In this document: piece by piece, positions 42,961-58,483 of the stretch
Layout: every line of letters starts with the position of its first letter
How positions within the stretch are numbered: the first letter of the stretch is position 1
Source of the DNA: Eledone cirrhosa
Taxonomy: Eukaryota
Assembly: GCA_964016885.1 (NCBI GenBank)
Contig: OZ024742.1
Span: forward strand, 328,972,001 to 329,036,000
Length of the DNA stretch: 64,000 nucleotides
Direction of reading: 5' to 3'
Program-made: the position numbers and the translations under genes
The notes under the pieces: generated by a model
What the model was told of the DNA's origin: nothing
Seen by the model: only the letters and a program-made list of their open reading frames with translations
Databases searched by the model: none

Positions 42961-44220
42961 AGGCGGTGGATTGACAGTATCGGTAGAGAGTTGGACGCCA
43001 TGCTTTCCAGCATAGTTACCTCCCTTTACGATCTGAGTTCAAATGCCGCCGAGGTTGACTTTGCCTTTCATTCTTACGGGGTCGATAAAATAAAGTACCA
43101 GTAATGCACTGGGTAATTGCTGGCCTTGTGCCTAAAGTAGAAACAATTATTATTATTATTACTCAGCATAAAGTTTTGACCCTTTATGTTCTGAGTTCAA
43201 ACCCCGCCGAGGTTAGCTTTGCCTTTCACCCTTACGAGATTGTTATAATAAAGCACCAGTAATGCACTGGGGTCGATTTAATAGACTTTCCTCTCCCAAA
43301 ATTGCTGGCCTTGTGCCTATCATAGAAACCATTATTATTATTATTATTCAGAAAAAAGTTAAAACCCTTTACTTTCTGAATTCAAATCCCGCCGACGTTA
43401 GCTTTGATTTCATCCCTACGGGGTCGATAAAGTAATGTACACGATTTAATCGACTTTCGGCTCTCTACCAAAAAACTGCTGGCATTGTGCCTATAGTAGA
43501 AATCATTATTATCATTATTAACTCTATGCTGCACACACCTTGCTTTGCAGGATAGAGTTATGGCCCTTTTCGTCCTGGGTTCAAATCCCGCTGATGTTAA
43601 CTTTGCCATTCATCCTTACGGGGTCGATAAAATAAAGTACAAAATCAGAAACAATTATCATTATTGGTTTCTTATATAAGCACAAGGCCAGTGATTTGGG
43701 GGGAGGGGAAAGTAGATTATATCGACCCCAGTGCGTGACTGGTACTTTATTTTATCGACCCCGTTAGGATGAAAGGCAAAGTTAACCTCGGCGTGATTTG
43801 AACTCAGATCATAAAGGGCCGTAACTCTTTGCTGAGAAACAATTATCATTATTGATATTATATCAGACATCATGCTTCGTGGCATATAGTTAGGGCCCCC
43901 CGAGCACAGATTTGCCTTTCGTCCTTACAAGGTCGATGAAATAAAGTACCAATAACGCATTGTAGATTTAGTAGATTCCCTCTTCCGTTTAAATTTCTGA
44001 TATTGTGCCAAAAGTGGAAACAATTATGATATCGGATAACATGCTTTGCAGAATAACTTTACTGCCCTTCACATTCTGAGTTCAAATCCCACCGAGGTTA
44101 GTTTTGCCTTTTATTCTTACGGGGTCGATAAAAGAAAGTACCGGTAAAACACTGGCCTAGATTTAATCGATTTCCCGTGCCTTTCAAATTGCTGGCCTTG
44201 TTTTTAAAGTAGAAAGAATT
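42961..44220. mobile_element. Cluster of about 7 SINE copies or fragments
   Basis: Repeated GAGTTCAAATCCCGCCGAGGTT...GTCGATAAAATAAAGTACC blocks, mostly + strand with one - strand copy (about 43665-43830), separated by (ATT)n tails. Confidence 0.9.
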
Positions 44221-44587
44221 ATTTCAATTACTGGTAATATTCATAACTTCGTTGTACAACAATAGGCAGCTTTCGACATAAAATATATAGTAAACGTAGA
44301 CGGGTGACTAAATGTCAGCAAGAAAGATAGTGATTCGTAGAATGTCAGCGTGATCGATTGTACATGGACAGAGAGGTTGACCACGCGCTGATAAACGAGA
44401 GAATCCATCAGAATATTATGTATTGTTCAGGCTTTCGAAGAAAAGTAGAAGGTTTTATATTAATATTTACACACACACGCACACACATATGTACACATAT
44501 GTACACACAGTTAGAGAGATATACATTAGATACATACATATACACACATATATAAATATAAGTAAATGTATACACATGAATTATGTG

Positions 44588-44682
<95 letters not shown>

Positions 44683-44996
44683 GTTTGTGTGTGTATGTGT
44701 GTGTGTGTGTGCGTGTGTGTGTGTGTGTTGCTTATAATTTAGGCACAACTCCAACACATATTGGAGAGACGAGAAAGTCGATAAAATCGTTCAGTACATA
44801 ACTAGTACTTTATTTTTTGTTCCAGGAAGGATGAAAAGTAAAGTACACCCATAGACATACATTCACACCTTTTCATTACACACACAGACACACACACACA
44901 CACGCGCACGCGCACACACACACACACACATATATACATACATACATACTTACATATATATATATTTTTTTTTTATATATATATGTATGTATATAT

Positions 44997-45054
<58 letters not shown>

Positions 45055-45065
<11 letters not shown>

Positions 45066-46239
45066 AATATAGACATAGAATATTCGAAAATATTCTGTAT
45101 GTTTATAATAAACATTTTGAAGACCTAATCGCTATAGAATAGAATACGTCACGTATTACAATTAGATTCTCGATAAAAGCAAGGGAAGTAATCTACGCGT
45201 TTCATTCTCGTTAGAAATCATCAGGACTACATATCCAGTGCTTTTATCGAGAATGACACAGCTAGAGACTTATAGAATACTTAGCTGTGTACAGGAACTG
45301 GTTTGAAAGAGCGGTTGCCGGTCCGGCAGAAATTAGAAATTGGAATAAATGCTCTGAAATAGCGATATATATGTGAATATAGACATAGAATATTCGAAAA
45401 TATTCTGTATGTTTATAATAAACATTTTGAAGACCTAATCGCTATAGAATAGAATACGTCACGTATTACAATTAGATTCTCGATAAAAGCAAGGGAAGTA
45501 ATCTACGCGTTTCATTCTCGTTAGAAATCATCAGGACTACATATCCAGTGCTTTTATCGAGAATGACACAGCTAGAGACTTATAGAATACTTAGCTGTGT
45601 ACAGGAACTGGTTTGAAAGAGCGGTTGCCGGTCCGGCAGAAATTAGAAATTGGAATAAATGCTCTGAAATAGCGATATATATGTGAATATAGACATAGAA
45701 TATTCGAAAATATTCTGTATGTTTATAATAAACATTTTGAAGACCTAATCGCTATAGAATAGAATACGTCACGTATTACAATTAGATTCTCGATAAAAGC
45801 AAGGGAAGTAATCTACGCGTTTCATTCTCGTTAGAAATCATCAGGACTACATATCCAGTGCTTTTATCGAGAATGACACAGCTAGAGACTTATAGAATAC
45901 TTAGCTGCGTACAGGAACTGGTTTGAAAGAGCGGTTGCCGGTCCGGCAGAAATTAGAAATTGGAATAAATGCTCTGAAATAGCGATATATATGTGAATAT
46001 AGACATAGAATATTCGAAAATATTCTGTATGTTTATAATAAACATTTTGAAGACCTAATCGCTATAGAATAGAATACGTCACGTATTACAATTAGATTCT
46101 CGATAAAAGCAAGGGAAGTAATCTACGCGTTTCATTCTCGTTAGAAATCATCAGGACTACATATCCAGTGCTTTTATCGAGAATGACACAGCTAGAGACT
46201 TATAGAATACTTAGCTGTGTACAGGAACTGGTTTGAAAG
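45055..46239 (-). mobile_element. Retrozyme-like 310-bp tandem array, inverted segment (about 3.8 units, 4 HHRs on the minus strand)
   Basis: ATGTGAATAT recurs at 45061, 45371, 45681 and 45991. HHRs at 45188-45230 and every 310 bp to 46118-46160. Confidence 0.92.
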
Positions 46240-49200
46240 TGACGTATTCTATTCTATAGCGATTAGGTCTTCAAAATGTTTATTATAAACATACAGAATA
46301 TTTTCGAATATTCTATGTCTATATTCACATATATATCGCTATTTCAGAGCATTTATTCCAATTTCTAATTTCTGCCGGACCGGCAACCGCTCTTTCAAAC
46401 CAGTTCCTGTACACAGCTAAGTATTCTATAAGTCTCTAGCTGTGTCATTCTCGATAAAAGCACTGGATATGTAGTCCTGATGATTTCTAACGAGAATGAA
46501 ACGCGTAGATTACTTCCCTTGCTTTTATCGAGAATCTAATTGTAATACGTGACGTATTCTATTCTATAGCGATTAGGTCTTCAAAATGTTTATTATAAAC
46601 ATACAGAATATTTTCGAATATTCTATGTCTATATTCACATATATATCGCTATTTCAGAGCATTTATTCCAATTTCTAATTTCTGCCGGACCGGCAACCGC
46701 TCTTTCAAACCAGTTCCTGTACACAGCTAAGTATTCTATAAGTCTCTAGCTGTGTCATTCTCGATAAAAGCACTGGATATGTAGTCCTGATGATTTCTAA
46801 CGAGAATGAAACGCGTAGATTACTTCCCTTGCTTTTATCGAGAATCTAATTGTAATACGTGACGTATTCTATTCTATAGCGATTAGGTCTTCAAAATGTT
46901 TATTATAAACATACAGAATATTTTCGAATATTCTATGTCTATATTCACATATATATCGCTATTTCAGAGCATTTATTCCAATTTCTAATTTCTGCCGGAC
47001 CGGCAACCGCTCTTTCAAACCAGTTCCTGTACACAGCTAAGTATTCTATAAGTCTCTAGCTGTGTCATTCTCGATAAAAGCACTGGATATGTAGTCCTGA
47101 TGATTTCTAACGAGAATGAAACGCGTAGATTACTTCCCTTGCTTTTATCGAGAATCTAATTGTAATACGTGACGTATTCTATTCTATAGCGATTAGGTCT
47201 TCAAAATGTTTATTATAAACATACAGAATATTTTCGAATATTCTATGTCTATATTCACATATATATCGCTATTTCAGAGCATTTATTCCAATTTCTAATT
47301 TCTGCCGGACCGGCAACCGCTCTTTCAAACCAGTTCCTGTACACAGCTAAGTATTCTATAAGTCTCTAGCTGTGTCATTCTCGATAAAAGCACTGGATAT
47401 GTAGTCCTGATGATTTCTAACGAGAATGAAACGCGTAGATTACTTCCCTTGCTTTTATCGAGAATCTAATTGTAATACGTGACGTATTCTATTCTATAGC
47501 GATTAGGTCTTCAAAATGTTTATTATAAACATACAGAATATTTTCGAATATTCTATGTCTATATTCACATATATATCGCTATTTCAGAGCATTTATTCCA
47601 ATTTCTAATTTCTGCCGGACCGGCAACCGCTCTTTCAAACCAGTTCCTGTACACAGCTAAGTATTCTATAAGTCTCTAGCTGTGTCATTCTCGATAAAAG
47701 CACTGGATATGTAGTCCTGATGATTTCTAACGAGAATGAAACGCGTAGATTACTTCCCTTGCTTTTATCGAGAATCTAATTGTAATACGTGACGTATTCT
47801 ATTCTATAGCGATTAGGTCTTCAAAATGTTTATTATAAACATACAGAATATTTTCGAATATTCTATGTCTATATTCACATATATATCGCTATTTCAGAGC
47901 ATTTATTCCAATTTCTAATTTCTGCCGGACCGGCAACCGCTCTTTCAAACCAGTTCCTGTACACAGCTAAGTATTCTATAAGTCTCTAGCTGTGTCATTC
48001 TCGATAAAAGCACTGGATATGTAGTCCTGATGATTTCTAACGAGAATGAAACGCGTAGATTACTTCCCTTGCTTTTATCGAGAATCTAATTGTAATACGT
48101 GACGTATTCTATTCTATAGCGATTAGGTCTTCAAAATGTTTATTATAAACATACAGAATATTTTCGAATATTCTATGTCTATATTCACATATATATCGCT
48201 ATTTCAGAGCATTTATTCCAATTTCTAATTTCTGCCGGACCGGCAACCGCTCTTTCAAACCAGTTCCTGTACACAGCTAAGTATTCTATAAGTCTCTAGC
48301 TGTGTCATTCTCGATAAAAGCACTGGATATGTAGTCCTGATGATTTCTAACGAGAATGAAACGCGTAGATTACTTCCCTTGCTTTTATCGAGAATCTAAT
48401 TGTAATACGTGACGTATTCTATTCTATAGCGATTAGGTCTTCAAAATGTTTATTATAAACATACAGAATATTTTCGAATATTCTATGTCTATATTCACAT
48501 ATATATCGCTATTTCAGAGCATTTATTCCAATTTCTAATTTCTGCCGGACCGGCAACCGCTCTTTCAAACCAGTTCCTGTACACAGCTAAGTATTCTATA
48601 AGTCTCTAGCTGTGTCATTCTCGATAAAAGCACTGGATATGTAGTCCTGATGATTTCTAACGAGAATGAAACGCGTAGATTACTTCCCTTGCTTTTATCG
48701 AGAATCTAATTGTAATACGTGACGTATTCTATTCTATAGCGATTAGGTCTTCAAAATGTTTATTATAAACATACAGAATATTTTCGAATATTCTATGTCT
48801 ATATTCACATATATATCGCTATTTCAGAGCATTTATTCCAATTTCTAATTTCTGCCGGACCGGCAACCGCTCTTTCAAACCAGTTCCTGTACACAGCTAA
48901 GTATTCTATAAGTCTCTAGCTGTGTCATTCTCGATAAAAGCACTGGATATGTAGTCCTGATGATTTCTAACGAGAATGAAACGCGTAGATTACTTCCCTT
49001 GCTTTTATCGAGAATCTAATTGTAATACGTGACGTATTCTATTCTATAGCGATTAGGTCTTCAAAATGTTTATTATAAACATACAGAATATTTTCGAATA
49101 TTCTATGTCTATATTCACATATATATCGCTATTTCAGAGCATTTATTCCAATTTCTAATTTCTGCCGGACCGGCAACCGCTCTTTCAAACCAGTTCCTGT

Positions 49201-52200
49201 ACACAGCTAAGTATTCTATAAGTCTCTAGCTGTGTCATTCTCGATAAAAGCACTGGATATGTAGTCCTGATGATTTCTAACGAGAATGAAACGCGTAGAT
49301 TACTTCCCTTGCTTTTATCGAGAATCTAATTGTAATACGTGACGTATTCTATTCTATAGCGATTAGGTCTTCAAAATGTTTATTATAAACATACAGAATA
49401 TTTTCGAATATTCTATGTCTATATTCACATATATATCGCTATTTCAGAGCATTTATTCCAATTTCCAATTTCTGCCGGACCGGCAACCGCTCTTTCAAAC
49501 CAGTTCCTGTACACAGCTAAGTATTCTATAAGTCTCTAGCTGTGTCATTCTCGATAAAAGCACTGGATATGTAGTCCTGATGATTTCTAACGAGAATGAA
49601 ACGCGTAGATTACTTCCCTTGCTTTTATCGAGAATCTAATTGTAATACGTGACGTATTCTATTCTATAGCGATTAGGTCTTCAAAATGTTTATTATAAAC
49701 ATACAGAATATTTTCGAATATTCTATGTCTATATTCACATATATATCGCTATTTCAGAGCATTTATTCCAATTTCTAATTTCTGCCGGACCGGCAACCGC
49801 TCTTTCAAACCAGTTCCTGTACACAGCTAAGTATTCTATAAGTCTCTAGCTGTGTCATTCTCGATAAAAGCACTGGATATGTAGTCCTGATGATTTCTAA
49901 CGAGAATGAAACGCGTAGATTACTTCCCTTGCTTTTATCGAGAATCTAATTGTAATACGTGACGTATTCTATTCTATAGCGATTAGGTCTTCAAAATGTT
50001 TATTATAAACATACAGAATATTTTCGAATATTCTATGTCTATATTCACATATATATCGCTATTTCAGAGCATTTATTCCAATTTCTAATTTCTGCCGGAC
50101 CGGCAACCGCTCTTTCAAACCAGTTCCTGTACACAGCTAAGTATTCTATAAGTCTCTAGCTGTGTCATTCTCGATAAAAGCACTGGATATGTAGTCCTGA
50201 TGATTTCTAACGAGAATGAAACGCGTAGATTACTTCCCTTGCTTTTATCGAGAATCTAATTGTAATACGTGACGTATTCTATTCTATAGCGATTAGGTCT
50301 TCAAAATGTTTATTATAAACATACAGAATATTTTCGAATATTCTATGTCTATATTCACATATATATCGCTATTTCAGAGCATTTATTCCAATTTCTAATT
50401 TCTGCCGGACCGGCAACCGCTCTTTCAAACCAGTTCCTGTACACAGCTAAGTATTCTATAAGTCTCTAGCTGTGTCATTCTCGATAAAAGCACTGGATAT
50501 GTAGTCCTGATGATTTCTAACGAGAATGAAACGCGTAGATTACTTCCCTTGCTTTTATCGAGAATCTAATTGTAATACGTGACGTATTCTATTCTATAGC
50601 GATTAGGTCTTCAAAATGTTTATTATAAACATACAGAATATTTTCGAATATTCTATGTCTATATTCACATATATATCGCTATTTCAGAGCATTTATTCCA
50701 ATTTCTAATTTCTGCCGGACCGGCAACCGCTCTTTCAAACCAGTTCCTGTACACAGCTAAGTATTCTATAAGTCTCTAGCTGTGTCATTCTCGATAAAAG
50801 CACTGGATATGTAGTCCTGATGATTTCTAACGAGAATGAAACGCGTAGATTACTTCCCTTGCTTTTATCGAGAATCTAATTGTAATACGTGACGTATTCT
50901 ATTCTATAGCGATTAGGTCTTCAAAATGTTTATTATAAACATACAGAATATTTTCGAATATTCTATGTCTATATTCACATATATATCGCTATTTCAGAGC
51001 ATTTATTCCAATTTCTAATTTCTGCCGGACCGGCAACCGCTCTTTCAAACCAGTTCCTGTACACAGCTAAGTATTCTATAAGTCTCTAGCTGTGTCATTC
51101 TCGATAAAAGCACTGGATATGTAGTCCTGATGATTTCTAACGAGAATGAAACGCGTAGATTACTTCCCTTGCTTTTATCGAGAATCTAATTGTAATACGT
51201 GACGTATTCTATTCTATAGCGATTAGGTCTTCAAAATGTTTATTATAAACATACAGAATATTTTCGAATATTCTATGTCTATATTCACATATATATCGCT
51301 ATTTCAGAGCATTTATTCCAATTTCTAATTTCTGCCGGACCGGCAACCGCTCTTTCAAACCAGTTCCTGTACACAGCTAAGTATTCTATAAGTCTCTAGC
51401 TGTGTCATTCTCGATAAAAGCACTGGATATGTAGTCCTGATGATTTCTAACGAGAATGAAACGCGTAGATTACTTCCCTTGCTTTTATCGAGAATCTAAT
51501 TGTAATACGTGACGTATTCTATTCTATAGCGATTAGGTCTTCAAAATGTTTATTATAAACATACAGAATATTTTCGAATATTCTATGTCTATATTCACAT
51601 ATATATCGCTATTTCAGAGCATTTATTCCAATTTCCAATTTCTGCCGGACCGGCAACCGCTCTTTCAAACCAGTTCCTGTACACAGCTAAGTATTCTATA
51701 AGTCTCTAGCTGTGTCATTCTCGATAAAAGCACTGGATATGTAGTCCTGATGATTTCTAACGAGAATGAAACGCGTAGATTACTTCCCTTGCTTTTATCG
51801 AGAATCTAATTGTAATACGTGACGTATTCTATTCTATAGCGATTAGGTCTTCAAAATGTTTATTATAAACATACAGAATATTTTCGAATATTCTATGTCT
51901 ATATTCACATATATATCGCTATTTCAGAGCATTTATTCCAATTTCTAATTTCTGCCGGACCGGCAACCGCTCTTTCAAACCAGTTCCTGTACACAGCTAA
52001 GTATTCTATAAGTCTCTAGCTGTGTCATTCTCGATAAAAGCACTGGATATGTAGTCCTGATGATTTCTAACGAGAATGAAACGCGTAGATTACTTCCCTT
52101 GCTTTTATCGAGAATCTAATTGTAATACGTGACGTATTCTATTCTATAGCGATTAGGTCTTCAAAATGTTTATTATAAACATACAGAATATTTTCGAATA

Positions 52201-53492
52201 TTCTATGTCTATATTCACATATATATCGCTATTTCAGAGCATTTATTCCAATTTCCAATTTCTGCCGGACCGGCAACCGCTCTTTCAAACCAGTTCCTGT
52301 ACACAGCTAAGTATTCTATAAGTCTCTAGCTGTGTCATTCTCGATAAAAGCACTGGATATGTAGTCCTGATGATTTCTAACGAGAATGAAACGCGTAGAT
52401 TACTTCCCTTGCTTTTATCGAGAATCTAATTGTAATACGTGACGTATTCTATTCTATAGCGATTAGGTCTTCAAAATGTTTATTATAAACATACAGAATA
52501 TTTTCGAATATTCTATGTCTATATTCACATATATATCGCTATTTCAGAGCATTTATTCCAATTTCTAATTTCTGCCGGACCGGCAACCGCTCTTTCAAAC
52601 CAGTTCCTGTACACAGCTAAGTATTCTATAAGTCTCTAGCTGTGTCATTCTCGATAAAAGCACTGGATATGTAGTCCTGATGATTTCTAACGAGAATGAA
52701 ACGCGTAGATTACTTCCCTTGCTTTTATCGAGAATCTAATTGTAATACGTGACGTATTCTATTCTATAGCGATTAGGTCTTCAAAATGTTTATTATAAAC
52801 ATACAGAATATTTTCGAATATTCTATGTCTATATTCACATATATATCGCTATTTCAGAGCATTTATTCCAATTTCTAATTTCTGCCGGACCGGCAACCGC
52901 TCTTTCAAACCAGTTCCTGTACACAGCTAAGTATTCTATAAGTCTCTAGCTGTGTCATTCTCGATAAAAGCACTGGATATGTAGTCCTGATGATTTCTAA
53001 CGAGAATGAAACGCGTAGATTACTTCCCTTGCTTTTATCGAGAATCTAATTGTAATACGTGACGTATTCTATTCTATAGCGATTAGGTCTTCAAAATGTT
53101 TATTATAAACATACAGAATATTTTCGAATATTCTATGTCTATATTCACATATATATCGCTATTTCAGAGCATTTATTCCAATTTCTAATTTCTGCCGGAC
53201 CGGCAACCGCTCTTTCAAACCAGTTCCTGTACACAGCTAAGTATTCTATAAGTCTCTAGCTGTGTCATTCTCGATAAAAGCACTGGATATGTAGTCCTGA
53301 TGATTTCTAACGAGAATGAAACGCGTAGATTACTTCCCTTGCTTTTATCGAGAATCTAATTGTAATACGTGACGTATTCTATTCTATAGCGATTAGGTCT
53401 TCAAAATGTTTATTATAAACATACAGAATATTTTCGAATATTCTATGTCTATATTCACATATATATCGCTATTTCAGAGCATTTATTCCAAT
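46239..53492 (+). mobile_element. Retrozyme-like 310-bp tandem array, main segment (about 23.4 units, 23 HHRs on the plus strand)
   Basis: Exact 310-bp period, reverse complement of the left segment, no ORF in the supplied track. HHRs start at 46471 + 310n up to 53291. Confidence 0.93.
46471..46513 (+). ncRNA. Type I hammerhead ribozyme (representative of 27 copies)
   Basis: GTAGTC-CTGATGA-TTTCT-AACG-AGAAT-GAAA-CGCG-TA-GATTAC. Stem I GUAGUC/GAUUAC, intact core, palindromic stem III ACGCGU, predicted cleavage after A46507. Stem I is extended by a 16-bp perfect helix 46447-46462/46520-46535. Confidence 0.93.
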
Positions 53493-53676
53493 ATATATAT
53501 ATATATATATATATATTTTATTTAATACAATAACAGAGATAGTTTAAAGCTAAATTCTGACTGGTAACCATCTCACTCAACAATTTAAATATAAACCCAA
53601 TTTAAGTGTTTGGGGTGCTAACAATATGTATAATGTGGAAAAACCAGTTGTATTATTTTATGAGATATAATTAAAG

Positions 53677-53737
<61 letters not shown>

Positions 53738-53810
53738 CAAGGAGACAGCAAACGGAGGTATAAAAAGTCTTATTAGTTTCACGCTTTATATTGGAAAGAT
53801 GAAAGAAAGA

Positions 53811-53846
53811 GTGACGTGTCGGGCTTAAGCCCTTCTTCAGGAGTAC
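53811..53846 (-). ncRNA. Degenerate Penelope-type HHR remnant
   Basis: CTGAAGA-AGGGC-TTAA-GCCC-GACA-C-GTC; core GAAA appears mutated to GACA. Confidence 0.45.
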
Positions 53847-54735
53847 AAAATAGAGACAGGATCACAATTCAGAAACAGAAAAAAGTTCCAAGCAAAGACA
53901 AAAAACAAAACAAAAAAAACATGTACTCAAAGCTGTTCACATTAACATCATTTGCAAACTTATAAAACTGAACACTTGGATGCAAATGACAATAATAATA
54001 GATGACTATAAATATTTTAGAATATACGGTGAGAATAAAAATGAAAAGTAGAAACCTGAACCGAGGCGACTGAAAGTTATTGATCCACGCATCACTCGCA
54101 TGATGGGCAAGTAGATGGATATAACCCTTGACCTTTAATTCATGCGCTTTAGAAAATGTTTAGCCTGTAGTTTCAGTGTAAACAAATCGGTTGGGTTAAG
54201 AAGCATGAGGAAAATTTGAAATGTTTGAGAACCCTCAGAAATAACTATGATATTGGTTTCTGATTTAGGTACAAGGTCAACAATTTGCGACTAAATCAAC
54301 CCCTTATTTTATCGACCCCGTAAGGATGAAAGGCAAAGCTAACGATAATATTGAGAGATCATCATAACTTTTCTTTTTACTGATCGATTCTCATGTTCAA
54401 TTGTGTACATTTCAAATCTCAACTGTTCCCAATGTTTATCTTTACTTTTATAGCTATAGGCTTATAATATTTTTCTTGTAAATCGGAATTCGAGGCCAGC
54501 GGTACTTTAGGGTAGTGGTGATCTCACTAACACTTCATCCAAGAGAAGCAAGGTTCAATTCGTCACAGGGACCTCTGTCCACACATTATGCAGTCTAAAG
54601 GGATAATTTACACGATTATCTCTCTCTATACACACACAAACATATATAAATATATATATATACGTATGAGGAGGTGTATACACACATAAATATATATATA
54701 CATATGAGGGGGGTATGTATACACTCACTCAAACG

Positions 54736-54774
<39 letters not shown>

Positions 54775-54889
54775 ATGACATACACATATATATATATCCA
54801 TATATATATGCATCAACAACATTTATATTTCTTTCTCTATCTATCTTTCTCTTTCTCTAAACACACACGCATGCACACACACACACACA

Positions 54890-54981
<92 letters not shown>

Positions 54982-55828
54982 TGTGTGTATACAAATTAGA
55001 ACGGGTGAAGTAAACGTACATACAGCAGCACCATCAGCATACACGCACGTATGTAGAACGGCAGGCAAACCTAACGTCAAATCCTAGAAGCAAGCAGCCG
55101 ATCCGATCTCTCCATCTTTCTCTCTTTCTTATCTAAACCTCCCCCTTTATCATACCAACTTTACCCACTAACTTTCTCTTTCTCTGTGTTTCACTAACTT
55201 ACGCTTATTACTTCACTATCTCCACTCCCACGATTCTCAACTCCGGTCGCCTGCCAGCCTACACATGTGCGGCTACTGCTGCTGCTGCTACTGTTGTTGT
55301 TATAAGCCAACAGAAAACACCACCACACTCCGTCCTGGTGCCTTGCCAGAGAGATTTGTCAGTGGATATAGTCTGAATGGAAACGGTTTCATATACTTTC
55401 TTCAGTAGCAACGTTCGTGTTATCTCAGCGGGTACTACCAACACAGGACAATACCAAATCCATGCCGAAAGTACGCACACCTATGAATCTATGGTAGAAT
55501 TTTATTTGCAACATTTCTTTAAGTTTTTGGAATATGTACAAGATGATTATATATTTTAATTAAACTTGGAGTACACAGAGGTTAGCATCATCTTCAAATA
55601 TTGACTAAGGTCATAGTTGATGAAAATATAGCAGAAATATCATTTTAGGAATTATATATATATGTATATATATATTTCAAAATTCATACGCAGATATATG
55701 TGTAGGTAAATTATCTGTATATTTACATATATACACACGCAAACATACACACACACACACATATATATATATTCATTTACACGCACGCACACTCATTTAT
55801 ATAAACACATACACATATATATATATAA

Positions 55829-55875
<47 letters not shown>

Positions 55876-55986
55876 TTTGTATATTGTTTGTCTTTGTATC
55901 TCTATGTTTGCATGTATTTGAATATCTATTTGTGTAACTTAATGAAAACGCACTCACACACACATAAATCTCTCTCTATATATATA

Positions 55987-56060
<74 letters not shown>

Positions 56061-56139
56061 CACACACATACATATGTATATATATATTTATTAAAATAAC
56101 AGATTTTAGGCTCCAAATTTATTATTATTACCATATATG

Positions 56140-56291
<152 letters not shown>

Positions 56292-56480
56292 AGACGCACG
56301 GTGGCAGACCGATAACACGTGCGAAAATATTGAACGGTTAGAATGCTTGTGTACACATTTATAACGATATACACCAACTATACGCGCGCAACAACATTCG
56401 TGCATATGAATATATATACACATACATATATACAAACTCACTGACACACAAACATAAAAGTACACATACCCCCCCCCCCC

Positions 56481-58334
<1,854 letters not shown>

Positions 58335-58418
58335 CTCCAAATATTTGTCGAGTGCGTTTATACCAGTTATAAATATTTACTAGTTGTAACCCAACAATTT
58401 TAAATATAACTTTCCATA

Positions 58419-58483
<65 letters not shown>

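Noticed and set aside
45908-45908. A>G (sense strand) variant as a reverse-transcribed A-to-I edit
   Set aside because: A single site in one unit cannot be distinguished from an ordinary transition or a sequencing error.
45055-53492. CRISPR array or tandem RNA gene cluster (5S, tRNA, snRNA, SL RNA)
   Set aside because: No unique spacers; whole units are identical. I recognise no 5S, tRNA or snRNA sequence, and the hammerhead core explains the structure.
55259-55559. GC-richer exon-like segment with short ORFs on both strands
   Set aside because: No recognisable protein and ambiguous strand; could be UTR but cannot be supported.
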